The notes under the pieces are model-generated. The model saw only the letters and a program-made list of their open reading frames with translations, was not told where the DNA came from and searched no databases. Made by a program: the position numbers and the translations under genes. Positions 28,256 to 41,828 of a stretch of DNA of 64,000 bases are shown here, in pieces. Source of the stretch: Octopus vulgaris (Eukaryota); contig OX597836.1 in assembly GCA_951406725.2 (NCBI GenBank), positions 12,648,001 to 12,712,000 on the forward strand. The letters are read 5' to 3'. Position 1 is the first letter of the stretch. Every line of letters starts with the position of its first letter.

Positions 28256-29485
28256 TCATCATCATCATCATCATCATCGTTTAACGTCCGTTCTCCATGC
28301 TAGCATGGGTTGGACGGTTCGACCGGGGATCTGGGAAGCCAGAAGGCTGCACCAGGCTCCAGTCTTATCTGGCAGTGTTTCTACAGCTGGATGCCCTTCC
28401 TAACGCCAACCACTCCGTGAGTGTAGTGGGTGCTTTTTACGTGCCACCTGCACAGGTGCCAGGCAAGGCTGGCAACGGCCACGGTCGGATTGGTGTATTT
28501 TATGTGCCACCGGCACGGAAGCCAGACGAGGCGGTGCTGGCATCGGCCACGAGTCGAATGGTGCTTTTTACGTACCACCAGACCAGGGATCCTGGCTGGT
28601 TCAATTCGATTTCGATTGCCCCAACATGTCTTCGCAAGCAAGTTGGTTGGCATGGGTGCCTGTTGTACGGTCAGATTGGTGTATTTTACGTGCCACTGGC
28701 ACGGAAGCCAGTGGAGGCAGCGCTGGCATCGGCCACGAGTCGGATAGTGCTTTTTACGTACCACAAGACCAGGGAACCTGGCTGGTTCAATTCGATTTCG
28801 CATGCCCCAACATGTCTTCGCAAGCAAGGGGGTTGGCATGGGTGCCTGTCGTACGGTCAGATTGGTGTATTTTACGTGCCACCGGCACGGAAGCCAGTGG
28901 AGGCGGCGCTGGCATCGGCCACGAGTCGGATAGTGCTTTTTACGTACCACCAGACCAGGGATCCTGGCTGGTTCAATTCGATTTTGACTTCGATTTCGAT
29001 TTCGCTTGCCCCAACATGTCTTCGCAAGCAAAGGGGGTTGGCATGGGTGCCTGTCGTCGGATGAGGTTCTATATCGACTTCGCTTGCCTCAACAGGTATT
29101 TGTGTCCAAGGGAGGAAGGGCATTCATAAGTGGGCTGGGCTCACTTGTCCTGCCTGGTCTTCTCACGTACAGAATATTTCCATAGGTTTCGGTCGCTGGT
29201 CATTTCCTCAGTGAGGCCTAAAGTTCGAAGGTCGTGCTTCACCACCTCGTCCCAGGTTTTCCTGGGTCTACCTCTTCCACAGGTTCCCTCAACTGCTAAG
29301 GATTGGCACTTTCTCACACACCTATCTTCATCCATTCTCGCCACATGACCATACCAGCGCAATCGTCTCTCTTGCACACCACAACTGATACCTCTTAGGT
29401 ACAACATTTCTCTCAAGGTGCTAACGCTCTGTCGAGTATGTACACTGACATTACACATCCATCGGAGCATACTGGCTTCATTCCT
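28256..29485 (-). mobile_element. 5'-truncated RTE-clade LINE (ORF C-terminus 29141-29485, ~880-nt 3' UTR, (GAT)n tail)
   Basis: MLRWMC...ERRLRWYGHVARMDEDRCVRK...EGTCGRGRPRKTWDEVVKHDL is the typical RTE ORF end. The UTR contains three ~185-bp tandem units. Confidence 0.9.
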
Positions 29486-29489
29486 CATA

Positions 29490-29525
<36 letters not shown>

Positions 29526-29571
29526 TATACAGGTGGGGTGATGGATGGATGGATAGACAAATAGATAGATG

Positions 29572-30086
29572 AATTTCTTTATTAGCCACAGAGGGGACAA
29601 AATACAATGTAGAGCTTTTCTTTTCGAAAATAGAAAAAAATAGAAAAATAAAATTCTGATCAAAAGGGATTGTGTAAAAAAAAAAAAGAAGCAATCAAAA
29701 GGGATAGTGTATCACACAAAATATCATAAATGTAAAAACAAATTAGGTTTATCTGAGGAAAGAAAAGCCTATGGAAAAGACCACGGTAACCTCAGACTGA
29801 GCAAAGCACTTTGTCACTCTTTTTTTCGATTTACAAGATCATGCTCAAAGTGGTTTTGTCATCCGCATGTACCATCTTTGCTACATTCACCCACCTTTTA
29901 TTGAAACTTTCATGAGACAAAACGTGCCTCTCTATTCTCACCTCCCTTTTCAAGTGGTCCCTGAAAAAGTTGATGAGTGATTGGCCAGAGAGTTTAGTGT
30001 TTGTCTTTAAACCTTTCGCTGGAGTCCACCACACTTATTCTTTCACCATGGCCACCAGTATGATGAAGACTGCCTTGCTTCCTGGT
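29572..30086 (-). mobile_element. 5'-truncated Tx1/L1-like LINE (ORF2 end 29831-30086 plus 3' UTR)
   Basis: KAVFIILVAMVKE*VWW...LSGQSLINFFRDHLKREVRIERHVLSHESFNKRWV resembles the Tx1-type ORF2 C-terminus. T-rich UTR, AATAAAGAAA end, then (TATC)n. Confidence 0.65.
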
Positions 30087-30133
30087 ATGTATGTATGTAT
30101 GTATGTATGTATAGATGGACGGACGGACGGACG

Positions 30134-30247
<114 letters not shown>

Positions 30248-30283
30248 TTGATGCACAGATAGAGAGAGAGAGATATAGACAGA

Positions 30284-30487
30284 TAACTTTCTTTATTGGC
30301 CACACAGGGCTGAACACACAGGGGACAAATACAAATGTAGAGCTTTTCTTTTCAAAGATGGAAAAGAAAAAGGAAAAAAAGGAAACAAATGTAGAATTCC
30401 TATCAAAAGGGATCAGAAAAAAAAAAGAGAGATCAAAAGGGATCGTGTATAACAAAGACATTTTTTTAATAAAAAGTAAGAAACAAG
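30284..30487 (-). mobile_element. Second 3' end of the Tx1-like LINE within (GATA/GACA)n
   Basis: Shares TCAAAAGGGATC, GTAGAGCTTTTCTTTT and TTTCTTTATTGGCCACA with 29572-29720. Confidence 0.75.
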
Positions 30488-30517
30488 ATAGAGAGACAGA
30501 GAGACAGATAGATAGAC

Positions 30518-30582
<65 letters not shown>

Positions 30583-30620
30583 CGTAGGTAGGTAGATAAA
30601 TAGATAGATAGATACGTAGG

Positions 30621-30697
<77 letters not shown>

Positions 30698-30699
<2 letters not shown>

Positions 30700-30892
30700 G
30701 TTTCTTTATTGGCCACACAGGGCTGCACACAGATGGGACAAGTTACAAGGTAGAGCTTTTCTTTTGGGGGATGAAAAAAACAAAAAAACAAAAGAGAAAA
30801 TAAAAGGGGTGGCGTAGGTTTTCGATCAAGAGGGATCGTAAAAGGGAAGAAAAGAACAAAAAAAAATTTTTTTTTTAAATTTAATAAAAAAT

Positions 30893-30896
<4 letters not shown>
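30698..30896 (-). mobile_element. Third 3' end of the Tx1-like LINE within (GATA)n
   Basis: Same motifs, with (GATA)n on both sides. Confidence 0.75.
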
Positions 30897-30964
<68 letters not shown>

Positions 30965-31723
30965 GTAGATAGATAGATAGATAGGTAGATAGATAAAACA
31001 ATATTCAATGGCATATAAGACCAATAAGCAGAGAAGTCGCACTCCAAGAAAAAAAATCATTTCAATATATTTATGTTTTTAATGGTTATCAAAAAATGTA
31101 TAATAGTAAAAAAAAAAAAAAAAAGGCTAAGCAAAACGTGCAGCAAGGAGAGTTAGAAAACCATTTTAATAATACATCTTTCTGGTTTTGGCATAAAGCC
31201 AGAAGGGAGCGGGTTGATTACATCGACTCCGGCACTTAATAATACAGTGATTTAAAAGAAGTGAACACAGAAGCGGTTTAGCTTATAGAAGACATTAATG
31301 TACATAACGAGCAAGTTATCAGCACAGTTTAAACATAGGGCAGGAAATAACAATGGTTAAAATATCCTACATGAAACGCCTACCGTAATAAAACATTGCA
31401 ACAAAAACCACCTTAGCCATAACAGAAGACATTACTGCATATATTTATATATATGTGTATATATGCAGATATATTTATGTATACATATTGTGAGCTACCA
31501 GTCTAGCTGAACACAAGCAGGAAATCAAAACGGATGAACGGGCCATTTACAATTAAAAATATTCTACATGAATAGCCAATGGTAATATGGATGTTTTGTT
31601 TTTTTTATTTTGTATGTGTTGCTGAACCCTGTATTTTCATAAACTCGTAACACCAATTTTTTGTTCCTACAAAGACATGAAACCCTTGTTTTTTTCTGAT
31701 CATCTCTTGACCTCATCAACCTA

Positions 31724-32035
31724 GGCACGTAAAAAGCATCCACTACACTCGCGGAGTGGTTGGCGTTAGGAAGGGCATCCAGCCGTAGAAACACTGCCAG
31801 ATCAGACTGGGCCTGATGCAACCTTCTGGCTTCACAGAACCCAGTTGAACCGTCCAACCCATGCTAGCATGGAAAACGGACGCTAAATGATGATGATGAT
31901 GATGATGATGAAGGGGCTAAACACAGAGAGGACAAACAAGGACAGACAAACGGATTAAGTCGATTACATTGACCCCAGTGCGTAACTGGTACTTATTTAA
32001 TCGACCCCGAAAGGATGAAAGGCAAAGTCAACCTC
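31724..32035. mobile_element. RTE 3' end (+, 31724-31910) abutting a family-2 SINE fragment (-, 31911-32035)
   Basis: (GAT)n tail directly followed by AAGGGGCTAAACACAGAGAGGACAAAC. Confidence 0.8.
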
Positions 32036-32235
32036 ATCAATCATTTAGCATTTAACCTTCTAAGACCTGGGCCCCCGTGTCTAACTTTACCCTCCATCTG
32101 GAATCCTGAGCCCCAAAATTAGCAGTTGCATATACAGCGCAAGAGTAATGAGTGCAGGAAAACTAATGGACAGAATCGGTTGGAACTTCTTTTACATTGC
32201 CACTTTACAAGGAATCCAGCAAAAATGACACTTAA

Positions 32236-32456
32236 CTCTTTCATTTCCATATTCATTTTGAGATGTTCTGTGTTTCTTTCAATTACTTTAAATATAACAA
32301 AGAATTTAGTAAAGTAACTTAGTTGTCGTTAAGCTAGTGTTAGGAACATAAATTGTGACTATGGTTTGGTCGAAGATTTTAATTCGGAACTTTTGGAAAC
32401 ATGACATTTGTACTACAGAGCCAGAGGCAGTTTCAGCTGAGTTGATATCAAAAGGG
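32236..32456 (-). mobile_element. piggyBac-type MITE, older copy
   Basis: TTAA on both sides, degenerate TIRs, reverse complement of 3031-3234. Confidence 0.8.
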
Positions 32457-32923
32457 TTAATTCCATCATTGAAATCTCAGACCCATGAGATTACGTATGA
32501 TTAATTTTTAAAAACTGAATAAATAAGGATTAGATTTGATAAAGTATGCTGAATGTTAAAGGGTTTCCTCTAATCTGTCAATTACTTTTAAAAATTGTTC
32601 TGGCCAGTGTGAATCTGAGCAATGAAGGTTATCATTTATCCTTTACCAGCATCGGTTGTCAAGCGATGTTGGGGAGGACAAGCACAGACACACAAACATA
32701 TACACACATATATATACATATATACGACGGGCTTCTTTCAGTTTCTGCCTACCAAATCCACTCACAAGGCTTTGGTCGGCCCGAGGTTATAGTAGAAGAC
32801 ACTTGCCCAAGGTGCCACGCAGTGGGACTGAACCCAGAACCATGTGGCTGATAAGCAAGCTACTTACCACACAGCCGCTCCTATGCCTATGTTCAATTTA
32901 AATGCTAAAGAGCTCACCCTTAA

Positions 32924-33144
32924 CCCTTTCGTTACTAACCTGGCCAAAACCGGCTCTGTCTCTGTAGTACAAATGTCTTGTTTTCAAAAGTTCTGAATTA
33001 AAATCTTCCACCAAACCTTAGTTGCAATTTATATTCCTAACACAAGCTTAATGATTGCTAAGTTATTTTACTAAATTCTTTGTTATATTTAAAGTAATTG
33101 AAAGAAACACAGAGCATCTCAAAATAAATACGGTAATGAAAGGG
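32924..33144 (+). mobile_element. piggyBac-type MITE
   Basis: TTAA|CCCTTTCGTTAC ... GTAATGAAAGGG|TTAA. Confidence 0.9.
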
Positions 33145-33953
33145 TTAAGCATTCAGATTACCCTGTCAAATGTTATGCTTCATTATATACACTGTTTTGA
33201 ATTAATCATGCTTTGAGATTTCAATGGTGCGACTGTTTATTTTTAGAATAACATTGCTGGGTAGGTTTGAAAGGTCAGATATGTCTGGTTTAATTGTTTA
33301 GCATTTAGATTACTCAGTCAAATGTAACACTTAATTATTCACAATATTTTGAATTAATCAGGTATTATCTCACAGCTTTGAGACTTCAACGATGTGATTA
33401 CTTATTTTGAGAGTGGCATTGTAGGGTAAGTGTGAGGGACCAGATCTGACCAGTTTGAGCATAAAACAAGTAGAATAACTGAACCGGATTTGGCTGGTTT
33501 AAATGCTAGAAGCATGGCCGCAGTCAAATGACTGAAACAAGTAAAAGAGAGAGAGAGAGTAACTCATTTTTGCCATCTGAGTAGACTGGAGTCTATTTGT
33601 TTAGCTAAAATTTCCCTAGGCAGTGCTCCAGCATGGCCACAGTCTAATGATTGGAATAAATAAAAGATAAAAGATATATATGTATATATGTATGTATGTA
33701 TCTATATAAGGTGAGTATATAGGGATAAATTATCCAGATGGATACTGTAACAGTTCTCAGGTATATTCCAGGTTCTGGCTGACAACACTAAATAGAAACA
33801 CATGTCAGTGGTTTTAATTAACTAATTATGCTGTGTAATTAATCTGTTAAATTAAAGAAAAATTTGAAGATGTACCAGTTTCTGTATTCTTTGTAATTGT
33901 TTTGTGTGTGCAAATATATATATATATTTTAGATATTTAAATATACATATTTA

Positions 33954-34375
33954 GGCGCAGGAGTGGCTGTGTGGTAAGTAGCTTGCTAACCAACCACATG
34001 GTTGCGGGTTCAGTCCCACTGCGTGGCATCTTGGGCAAGTGTCTTCTGCTATAGCCTCGGGCTGACCAAAGCCTTGTGAGTGGATTTGGTAGACGGAAAC
34101 TGAAAGAAGCCCGTCGTATATATGCATATATATATATATATGTGTGTGTGTGTGTTTGTGTGTCTGCGTTTGTCCCCCTAGCATTGCTTGACAACCGATG
34201 CTGGTGTGTTTACGTCCCCGTCACTTAGCGGTTCGGCAAAAAGAGACCGATAGAATAAGTACTGGGCTTACAAAGAATAAGTCCCGGGGTCGATTTGCTC
34301 GACTAAAGGCGGTGCTCCAGCATGGCCGCAGTCAAATGACTGAAACATATAAAAGAGTAAAAGAGAAAAGAGTAT
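33954..34375 (+). mobile_element. Full-length family-1 SINE
   Basis: Intact head, CORE-like block and tail. Confidence 0.9.
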
Positions 34376-36069
34376 ATGTTAAATAAGACTAATATCAAAA
34401 CGATACGATGTTGCTCTGGAGGAGTTAATCTTTGCACGGAAGGATGGAGGGTGGGAAAACACCTTCAATACATCAGGAAAGTTCCAGAAACTGGCTTTCC
34501 TGATTAGCACCAGACATTTGTCTAGACAATGTGGGAGGTTCAATTAGGGTTGATTCGAGCTTAAAGATAATCAAAAGGTTTTTTTTTTTTTTCTAAATCG
34601 CTAAGTTTATTGTGATTTGGTAATTCAGTAAAGAAAAAGAGTCGTTCAGAAGTTTTCTAAAATATTAAGAGACAAGGAGACACCTTGAGAGGAAAAGGAG
34701 GTGTGCCAGGCAGTGTGTGTGTGTGTGTGTACGTGTGTGTGTGTGTGTGTTGTACATGTGTAAGTGTGTGTGTGTACGTGTGTAAGTGTGTGTGTGAGTA
34801 CATGTGTAAGTGTATGTGTGTGTTGTACATGGTGTGTGTGTGTGTAAGTATGTGTACATCTAAGTGTGTGTGTGTATGTGTTGTACATGCGTGTATGTGT
34901 GTATGAGTGTGTGCATATGCAAGTGTGTGAGTATGTGTATATGAAAGTGTGTGTGTTGTACATATGTGTGTGTGTGAGTACGTGTGTGTGTATATGTGTA
35001 TAAGTGTGTGCATATGCAAGTGTGTGAGTATGTGTATATGAAAGTGTGTGCGTGAGTACATGTAAGTGTGTGTGTGTGTGTGGGTGTACATGTGCAAGTG
35101 TGTGTATGTGTGTATGCATATGCAAGTGTGTGAAAGTGCATATATATGAAAGTGTGTGTGGGTACATACGTATGTATGAGTGTCTGTGCGTGTGTACATG
35201 TGTAAGCATTGTCTGTGTATGTGTATGAGTGTGTACATATGTAAGTTTTTAAAGTGTATTTGTATATGAAAGTGTGCCGTGTGTACAAGAAGCATATGTA
35301 TGCGTGTGTGTGTGTGTGCATACGTGTGTGTGTGTGAAAAAGTGTGAGCATGTGTATATGTAAGTGTGCATGTATGTGCACATATGTATGTGTGTGGGTA
35401 AGTCTGTGTATGTATGTGTATATGTTTCTTCTTCTTGTTTCTTATCCATTTTCTCTAAAACAAGAAAAGAAACAATGGTGAGAGGTTAATCCGACCCGCC
35501 CTCAAAACCTTTCAAATATTTTTGATTTTTTTCTTTGTTTTGGTTCTCAATCGATATTTCGAAAGTAAGTTAAAATAAAACAAAATAAAATTTAAAAAAT
35601 ACAAAAACAAATAAGCAAAATATAAAATAAAATAAAATAAGCACAAAAAAAAAATGGCAAACAAACAAACAAAAAAAACACCCCCACGGAATCGAATTGA
35701 TATCCATCCTAAGACTGGAAAGTGGAGTGGATTATCCTTAATCATCTAAATGAACTAAGATTTAAAGATTTTACGACAATAACCTTTAAGGTGAGAAGAT
35801 AAAGGAGGGGGGAGGAAGAAGAGAAGAGGAGATGGAGGAGAGAAAAGAACTTCAATGGAAACTGAGCGAATCAAAGTTTATTTTCAATTATTTTTATTTA
35901 CTTTTTATTTGCCTTTTATTTTTGTTTGTTTTATTTTGTTTCTTCAGTGATAATTTTTCTTTATTTTTTTTGACTAAATTCGGTGATTTACCAGATTTAG
36001 AGTGACTCTGATGCCGTTACTCTGCCCTTAGCATGTGTATAGCCTACTGTACTGGTTCCAAAGATCAAC

Positions 36070-36485
36070 TGTCCAAATAATCGAGACGGTTGATGACAGA
36101 TGCACCTATCTGGGTAGAGTCATTAGTGACAATGATAATATTGAGACAAAAGTCAGAGTTCAAATTCCGCCAAGGTCGACTTTGCCTTTTATCCTTTCGG
36201 GGTCAATAAATTAAGTACCAGTTGCGTACTGGGGTCGATCTAATCGACTGGCACCCTCCCCCAAATTTCAGGCCTTTTGCCTAAAGTAGAAATGAATATT
36301 GAGACAAAAGTCAATCGTGGGATTGGCAAAGGTTCGACCATATTCCAGGCTATGAGCACTATCTGGTCCTCTGAACTGCATTGGTTTACCAGAAATTCTC
36401 CATGCTAGCAAGACATGGAAGAGCACAGAGAAATCAACAGAAAGTTAGATGCATCCCTCCAAAGATGCTCGAGGAAGACTACTGG
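36070..36485 (+). pseudogene. Old RTE-like RT fragment interrupted by a SINE
   Basis: IETV..CTYLGRVISDNDNIETKV/NRGIGKGSTIFQAMSTIWSS...KTWK...RKLDASLQRC matches the YLG / RIxKA / ETW / RCLR region of RTE ORFs. Confidence 0.65.
36156..36294 (+). mobile_element. 5'-truncated family-2 SINE (tail B) with 19-bp target-site duplication
   Basis: AATATTGAGACAAAAGTCA at 36137-36155 and 36295-36313. Confidence 0.9.
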
Positions 36486-36864
36486 CAAGACTAACCACCC
36501 ACCCACCTCCACCACCACTATTTTTAGAATAACATTGTAGGGTAGGTTTGAGAGGCCAGACCTTGAACATAAAACAAGTAGGATATTTGGGCCGGATATG
36601 GCCGGGTTAAATGCTAAAGGGTTGAACAACAAAAGCACACCGCTCAGGATATCAAGGGAAGCAAGGAACCACAGAAATAGTAAATGTTTTACAGCACAAA
36701 AGAAATCACTTTAAACTTGTCAAAATAATATTTGGCAAACCTTATCTCTATTAAGTATAGAAACAGATGTATTATATGTTAGATTATTTTTGAGGATCTG
36801 ATCAAAGATTTTGCAATTCAAAAAAGTTGGAGGAAACTTTCCAAACGTAAATAAAGTAGAAGTA

Positions 36865-37371
36865 ACATAAATCCTCGAGTATAGTCCACCCTTGAGTATA
36901 ATATGCAGGGGATTTTTAGGGGGCTGTACCTCTGAAAAAAATCTAATATGCACCCCTTTTCTAACTTGAGTCGTGGGTAATTAAGTCAGCAGCACCTAGT
37001 CGAACAAACACTTCCGTACATGCGTAATACAATGGTGATGTTCTTAACTGTTATATGGGAATGTAAATATGTTTGCAAATTGTTTTTGTTACATGTTATT
37101 CTGTGTTCTGAATACTTATATTTTAATAAATGTTGCTTACTGCAAGTTATGGATGATTCTTTTATGACTTCATTGTTTTCAGCTTAGCTTAAGGTATTTT
37201 CCCACCCGACATCACAAAATGTGTCTGAATAAACATTGCTGGACAGCAGATAGCGACTCGGGCATTGCTTAGAAAATAATTTTCATCTTTAACCCTGTAT
37301 ATAGTATGCACTAGGGATTTTGACCTTTAAATTTTGGGAAAAGAATGCGGATTATACTCGAGGATTTTTGG
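36865..37371. mobile_element. Tc1/mariner-pogo-type MITE
   Basis: 25-bp TIRs (21/25 match; core AAATCCTCGAGTATA) flanked by TA. Confidence 0.8.
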
Positions 37372-37937
37372 TATACAAAAATAAACATTACCTTCCATTC
37401 CATACAGTCGCTAGTTTGTTTTATTCTGAAAAATAAAATATATTTTATGGTTTATTATTGTTTATATTTTGAATTACATAAGTGTGGAGGCACCAAAATC
37501 TTTTAAGCGTTTAGGGCCTTTATGTGTGTTAATTTGGGTCTGGGTAGCAGAACACTGAAAACTAACATGAGAGAGGCCTATATAACATGTAGAGAAAACC
37601 ACAGCCACAGAAACCAGTGGTGTCAAATTGCTGCTTTATATGGATTCTATGCGTGACTGTGCACGTGTTTGTGTGAATGCAACAGAAAAATGGGGCAAAA
37701 ACAAGTTCAATTTTTGAGTTTTTCAAAAAACAAAATATGAGCATATACGTAAGAAAATTTCCTGAATCGATTGGAGCAAGTTTGAATTCTTTAGCTTGAA
37801 AAATGCAAATTCTCGCAGATTTGAGTGTGCCTTTTTAAGGAGTTCTCAGTTGAAAATGGTGTCGAAAAATAGCTCAAAATGAGAGAATTATTTTGCAGAC
37901 CAAATCGCCTCAAAAATTGAACAGGAAGTGCTCTTAA

Positions 37938-38270
37938 TCTCTATATATAAAGCTGAAGTTGTCTGTGTGAGGCAGGTTTGGTAGCCTTCAACTAACACTA
38001 TCTCCTCCGAGACCCTGCGGCGCAAGTTGACCAACATGATAGAAGAGGGCTTACTCTTCATTCCGTAGAAGAAAAAATTCAAATCGGACCATGTTAAGAC
38101 CAAAAATTATTTACATCAAAAAGGTGCTTTTTTTCTATGAAAATCCCTATTTTTTATAATTTTTTGACTGCTGTGTCGCCATTTTTCGGTGTATTTCAAC
38201 CAGAAAAATGTTCACTTAAAGAGAATAACAAGCTACATGATGTAAAATTTTTGCTTTTCAAAAATTCCAT
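37938..38270 (+). mobile_element. Helitron family 2, 3'-truncated
   Basis: A|TCTCTATATATAAAGCTGAAG start; homologous to 45476-45897 on the minus strand. Confidence 0.75.
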
Positions 38271-38275
38271 GTATG

Positions 38276-38314
<39 letters not shown>

Positions 38315-39087
38315 AAAACCTTAGTTTGCAAAAAACTTCAATGATTCCTGTGAGGATGCATACATGCAACACACACACATCTATCAAATTCACTCACAAA
38401 GCATTGTTCGGCCACAACAGGCCATAGTAGAAGACACTAGCCTAAGGAGCTGCACAGTGGGACTGAACCCGAAACCATGTAGTTACAAAGCAAAGCTTCT
38501 TAACCACACAGCCAAGTCAAAATATTTGACATTTTTGTGCACTTTAAAGATAAAAAAAAAGGAAAAAGAAAAATATACAAATACAGAGAAAAAAATACAA
38601 AATGAAAATAATAAAAATCAAATTTAAAATCAGATTGCTGCTTCGTACTTCAAAATAAATATTAATATAGACTTAGTGAGGACAAGGACTATGGCAAATA
38701 GTATTAATATTCTGTCCAAAATACACAGCACAGCACACATACACACACACACATTTATATATGAACATTATATAGACATATTGGTGTGTATATTTTTATT
38801 GCTCTTGAAAGTCACAAAGTACATAGATGTTTGGATATTTAGCTCCAAAGAACAAAACTAAAGATATATATTAGCTATGTATTAGTATATATATATATAT
38901 ATATATATATCTGTATGTATTTATGTATATATGTAGATAGATTGTCTCGTGTTTGAAGTGATTGCCCTCCAAGTAACAAGACGATGTGATGAAGTCATTT
39001 TAATATTATCAATAAATAGTTTTAATCTCCCGCTTGTCTGCCAGTGAGTGTATATGTATGTGTGTGTGTATGGATATATATATATAT

Positions 39088-39556
39088 ATCATCATCATCG
39101 TCGTTTAACGTCCGCTTTCCAAGCTAGCATGGGTTGGACGATCTTGACTGAGGGCTGGTGAACCAGATGGCTGCACCGTGCAAGTAGGGTGCCAAGAGCA
39201 CCATCCGAGCGTGATCGTTGCCAATGTGGCTAACTGGCTTCCGTGCCAGTGGCACGTAAAAGGACACCATTCGAGCGGGATTGTTACCAGCGTCGCCTTA
39301 CTGGCACTTGTGCTGGTGGCATGTGTAAAAAGATTCAAGCGTGGTCGTTGCCAGTACCGCCTGACTGGCCCTCGTGCCGGTGGCACGTAAAAAGCACCCA
39401 CTACACTCTTGGAGTGGTTGGCATTAGGAAAGGCATCCAGCTGTAGAAACTCTGCCAGATCAGATTGGAGACTGGTGCAGCCATCTGGTTCTCCAGACCT
39501 CAGTTAAATCATCCAACCCATGCTAGCATGGAAAGTGGACGTTAAATGATGATGAT
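39088..39556. mobile_element. Back-to-back RTE 3' ends (- 39088-39177, + 39178-39556)
   Basis: Begins (CAT)n..CGTTTAACGTCC and ends GGACGTTAAATGATGAT; both ends lie in (TA)n. Confidence 0.8.
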
Positions 39557-39574
39557 TATATATATATATATATA

Positions 39575-39970
39575 CTAGCAGTATTGCCCGGCGTTGCTCG
39601 GGTTTGTAAGGGAGATAACTATATAAGCATTTTTAGAGATGTAAAGTATAATAGCCATCTCAATATGGCTAACCACAAAGGGTGGGGTGTTACTGTAGTT
39701 TTTACGTTCTGAGATTTAATAATAAATTTTTAGAGAGTTACTTCCCTTATATATGCCAAAAATGCATTAAAAATGGGAAAAATTGATGGTAAATTTTTTT
39801 TTGAATCGTAGACTCATCGTAGACACACGCTAATACCCAGAAGGGCTCGATATGAATGACAACTATAAGATACCCGGTTTTGGTTAAACTGCACCACAAA
39901 ATGTGGGAGTAGTTAGGAATCTAAATCGTAGGAGACAGACACCACACAACCTCCCTTTTATATATAAAGA
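39575..39970 (-). mobile_element. Non-autonomous Helitron (sister of 21155-21549)
   Basis: A|CTAGCAGTATTGCCCGGCGTTGCTCGGG ... TTTTATATATAAAGA|T. Confidence 0.9.
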
Positions 39971-40127
39971 TATCTAAATAACGGAATTTTTTAGAAATTT
40001 CTATCGGCTTGTTTCGAGACGCAAAAATTATAATGGTTATTGACAATTTTGTCTATTTTCGGCATATTTGGCATTAGAATTTTTCTTTCACCCTTATTTT
40101 ATAAGTTATATATATATATATATATAT

Positions 40128-40465
40128 ATCATCATCATCATCATCATTTAGCGTCCGCTTTCCATGCTAGCATGGGTTGGACGGTTCAACTGGGGTCTGT
40201 GAAGCCAGAAGTCTACACCAGGCCCAGTCTGATCTGGCAGTGTTTCTACGGCTGGATGCCCTTCCTAACGCCAACCACTCCGTGAGTGTAGTGGGTGCTT
40301 TTTAAGTGCCACCCGCACAGGTGCCAGACGGAGCTGGCAAATGGCCATGGACGGATGGTGCTTTTTATGTGCCACCGGCACGGTGTCCAGGCGAGGCTGT
40401 CAAACAGCCACGGACGGATGGTGCTTTTTACGTGCCACCGGCACGGGGGCCAGGCGAGGCTGGCA
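40128..40465 (-). mobile_element. RTE-type 3' end
   Basis: (CAT)n start and GTGCCACCGGCAC sub-repeats. Confidence 0.8.
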
Positions 40466-41379
40466 GAGAGAGAGAGAGAGAAATGATGATGAAGTAGTGA
40501 TAGTAATGGTGGTGGTGGGAAGGCGGTGGTGAACGAACTATGTTTACATGTCACAATTATAGTCAATACTTAGAAACAAATCTCTCCCACTCTCTGCCAT
40601 TGCTTAACAACGTAACAGTCACATATTGAAGCCTCCTCGCAGTTGCTTACGAGTAAACAGAAAGATAGATAGACAGACAGACCCACAGACAGATAGATAC
40701 ATCGTCAGATGCAACAACGCACCTCGCCAAAAACTTCGACGCTGTACTAATCAATTGATTAGCTATCGATCTCATGGACAATCGCCATTAAAATATCAAT
40801 TGATCAAACAATGTTTGGGGGTTTTTTGTTTTTGTTTTTGTTTTTTTTTGTTTTTGTTTTCGAACTTTCATCAACTTCATTTGATCTACGTTAATTGATT
40901 TCGACAAACATGAACGTATAGTATGCCAGTGTGATATCGATGTAAAACAATGATAATAAAACTTTTTATTCATATATATTCCTTCCTTCCTTCCTTCCTT
41001 CCTTCCCTCTCCCTCTCTATCTATCTATCTATCTACCTATATATATATATATATCTTCTTGTTTCTCTTTCCTATACTCTTTCTCCCTCTGTGTCTGTCT
41101 CTAGTTCTCACGGTTCCGTTCATAGACACCAAAGCCACTCTTTTATTAACTGGGCGTTCGCAGTATTATCGACTGGTCGTATTACTGTGGCATCAGACTC
41201 CTGTTCCTCTGCCTAGACAATTTACACACACACACACACACATACACACACACACACCCACCCACACACTTTTATACATGCATATATAATTGTCAAGTAC
41301 ATATATTTTATAGATGCAGTCCATACACACATATATATTTATGTATATATAAGTATGCATATGCATGTATGTTTGTGCA

Positions 41380-41430
<51 letters not shown>

Positions 41431-41441
41431 ATGTATGTATG

Positions 41442-41510
<69 letters not shown>

Positions 41511-41540
41511 GTATGCATGTATATATATATGTATGTATGC

Positions 41541-41576
<36 letters not shown>

Positions 41577-41771
41577 GCATGTATACGTGTGTATATATAT
41601 ATATATATGTATGCATGTATATATATATGTATGTATGCATGTATATATATGTATGTATGCATGTATATATATGTATGTATGCATGTATATATATATATAT
41701 GTATGTATGCATGTATATATATATATATATATGTATGTATGCATGTATATATATATATATATGTATATATG

Positions 41772-41828
<57 letters not shown>

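Noticed and set aside
28297-29064. 255-aa ORF with internal repeats
   Set aside because: Antisense to the RTE 3' UTR and explained by its three ~185-bp tandem units.
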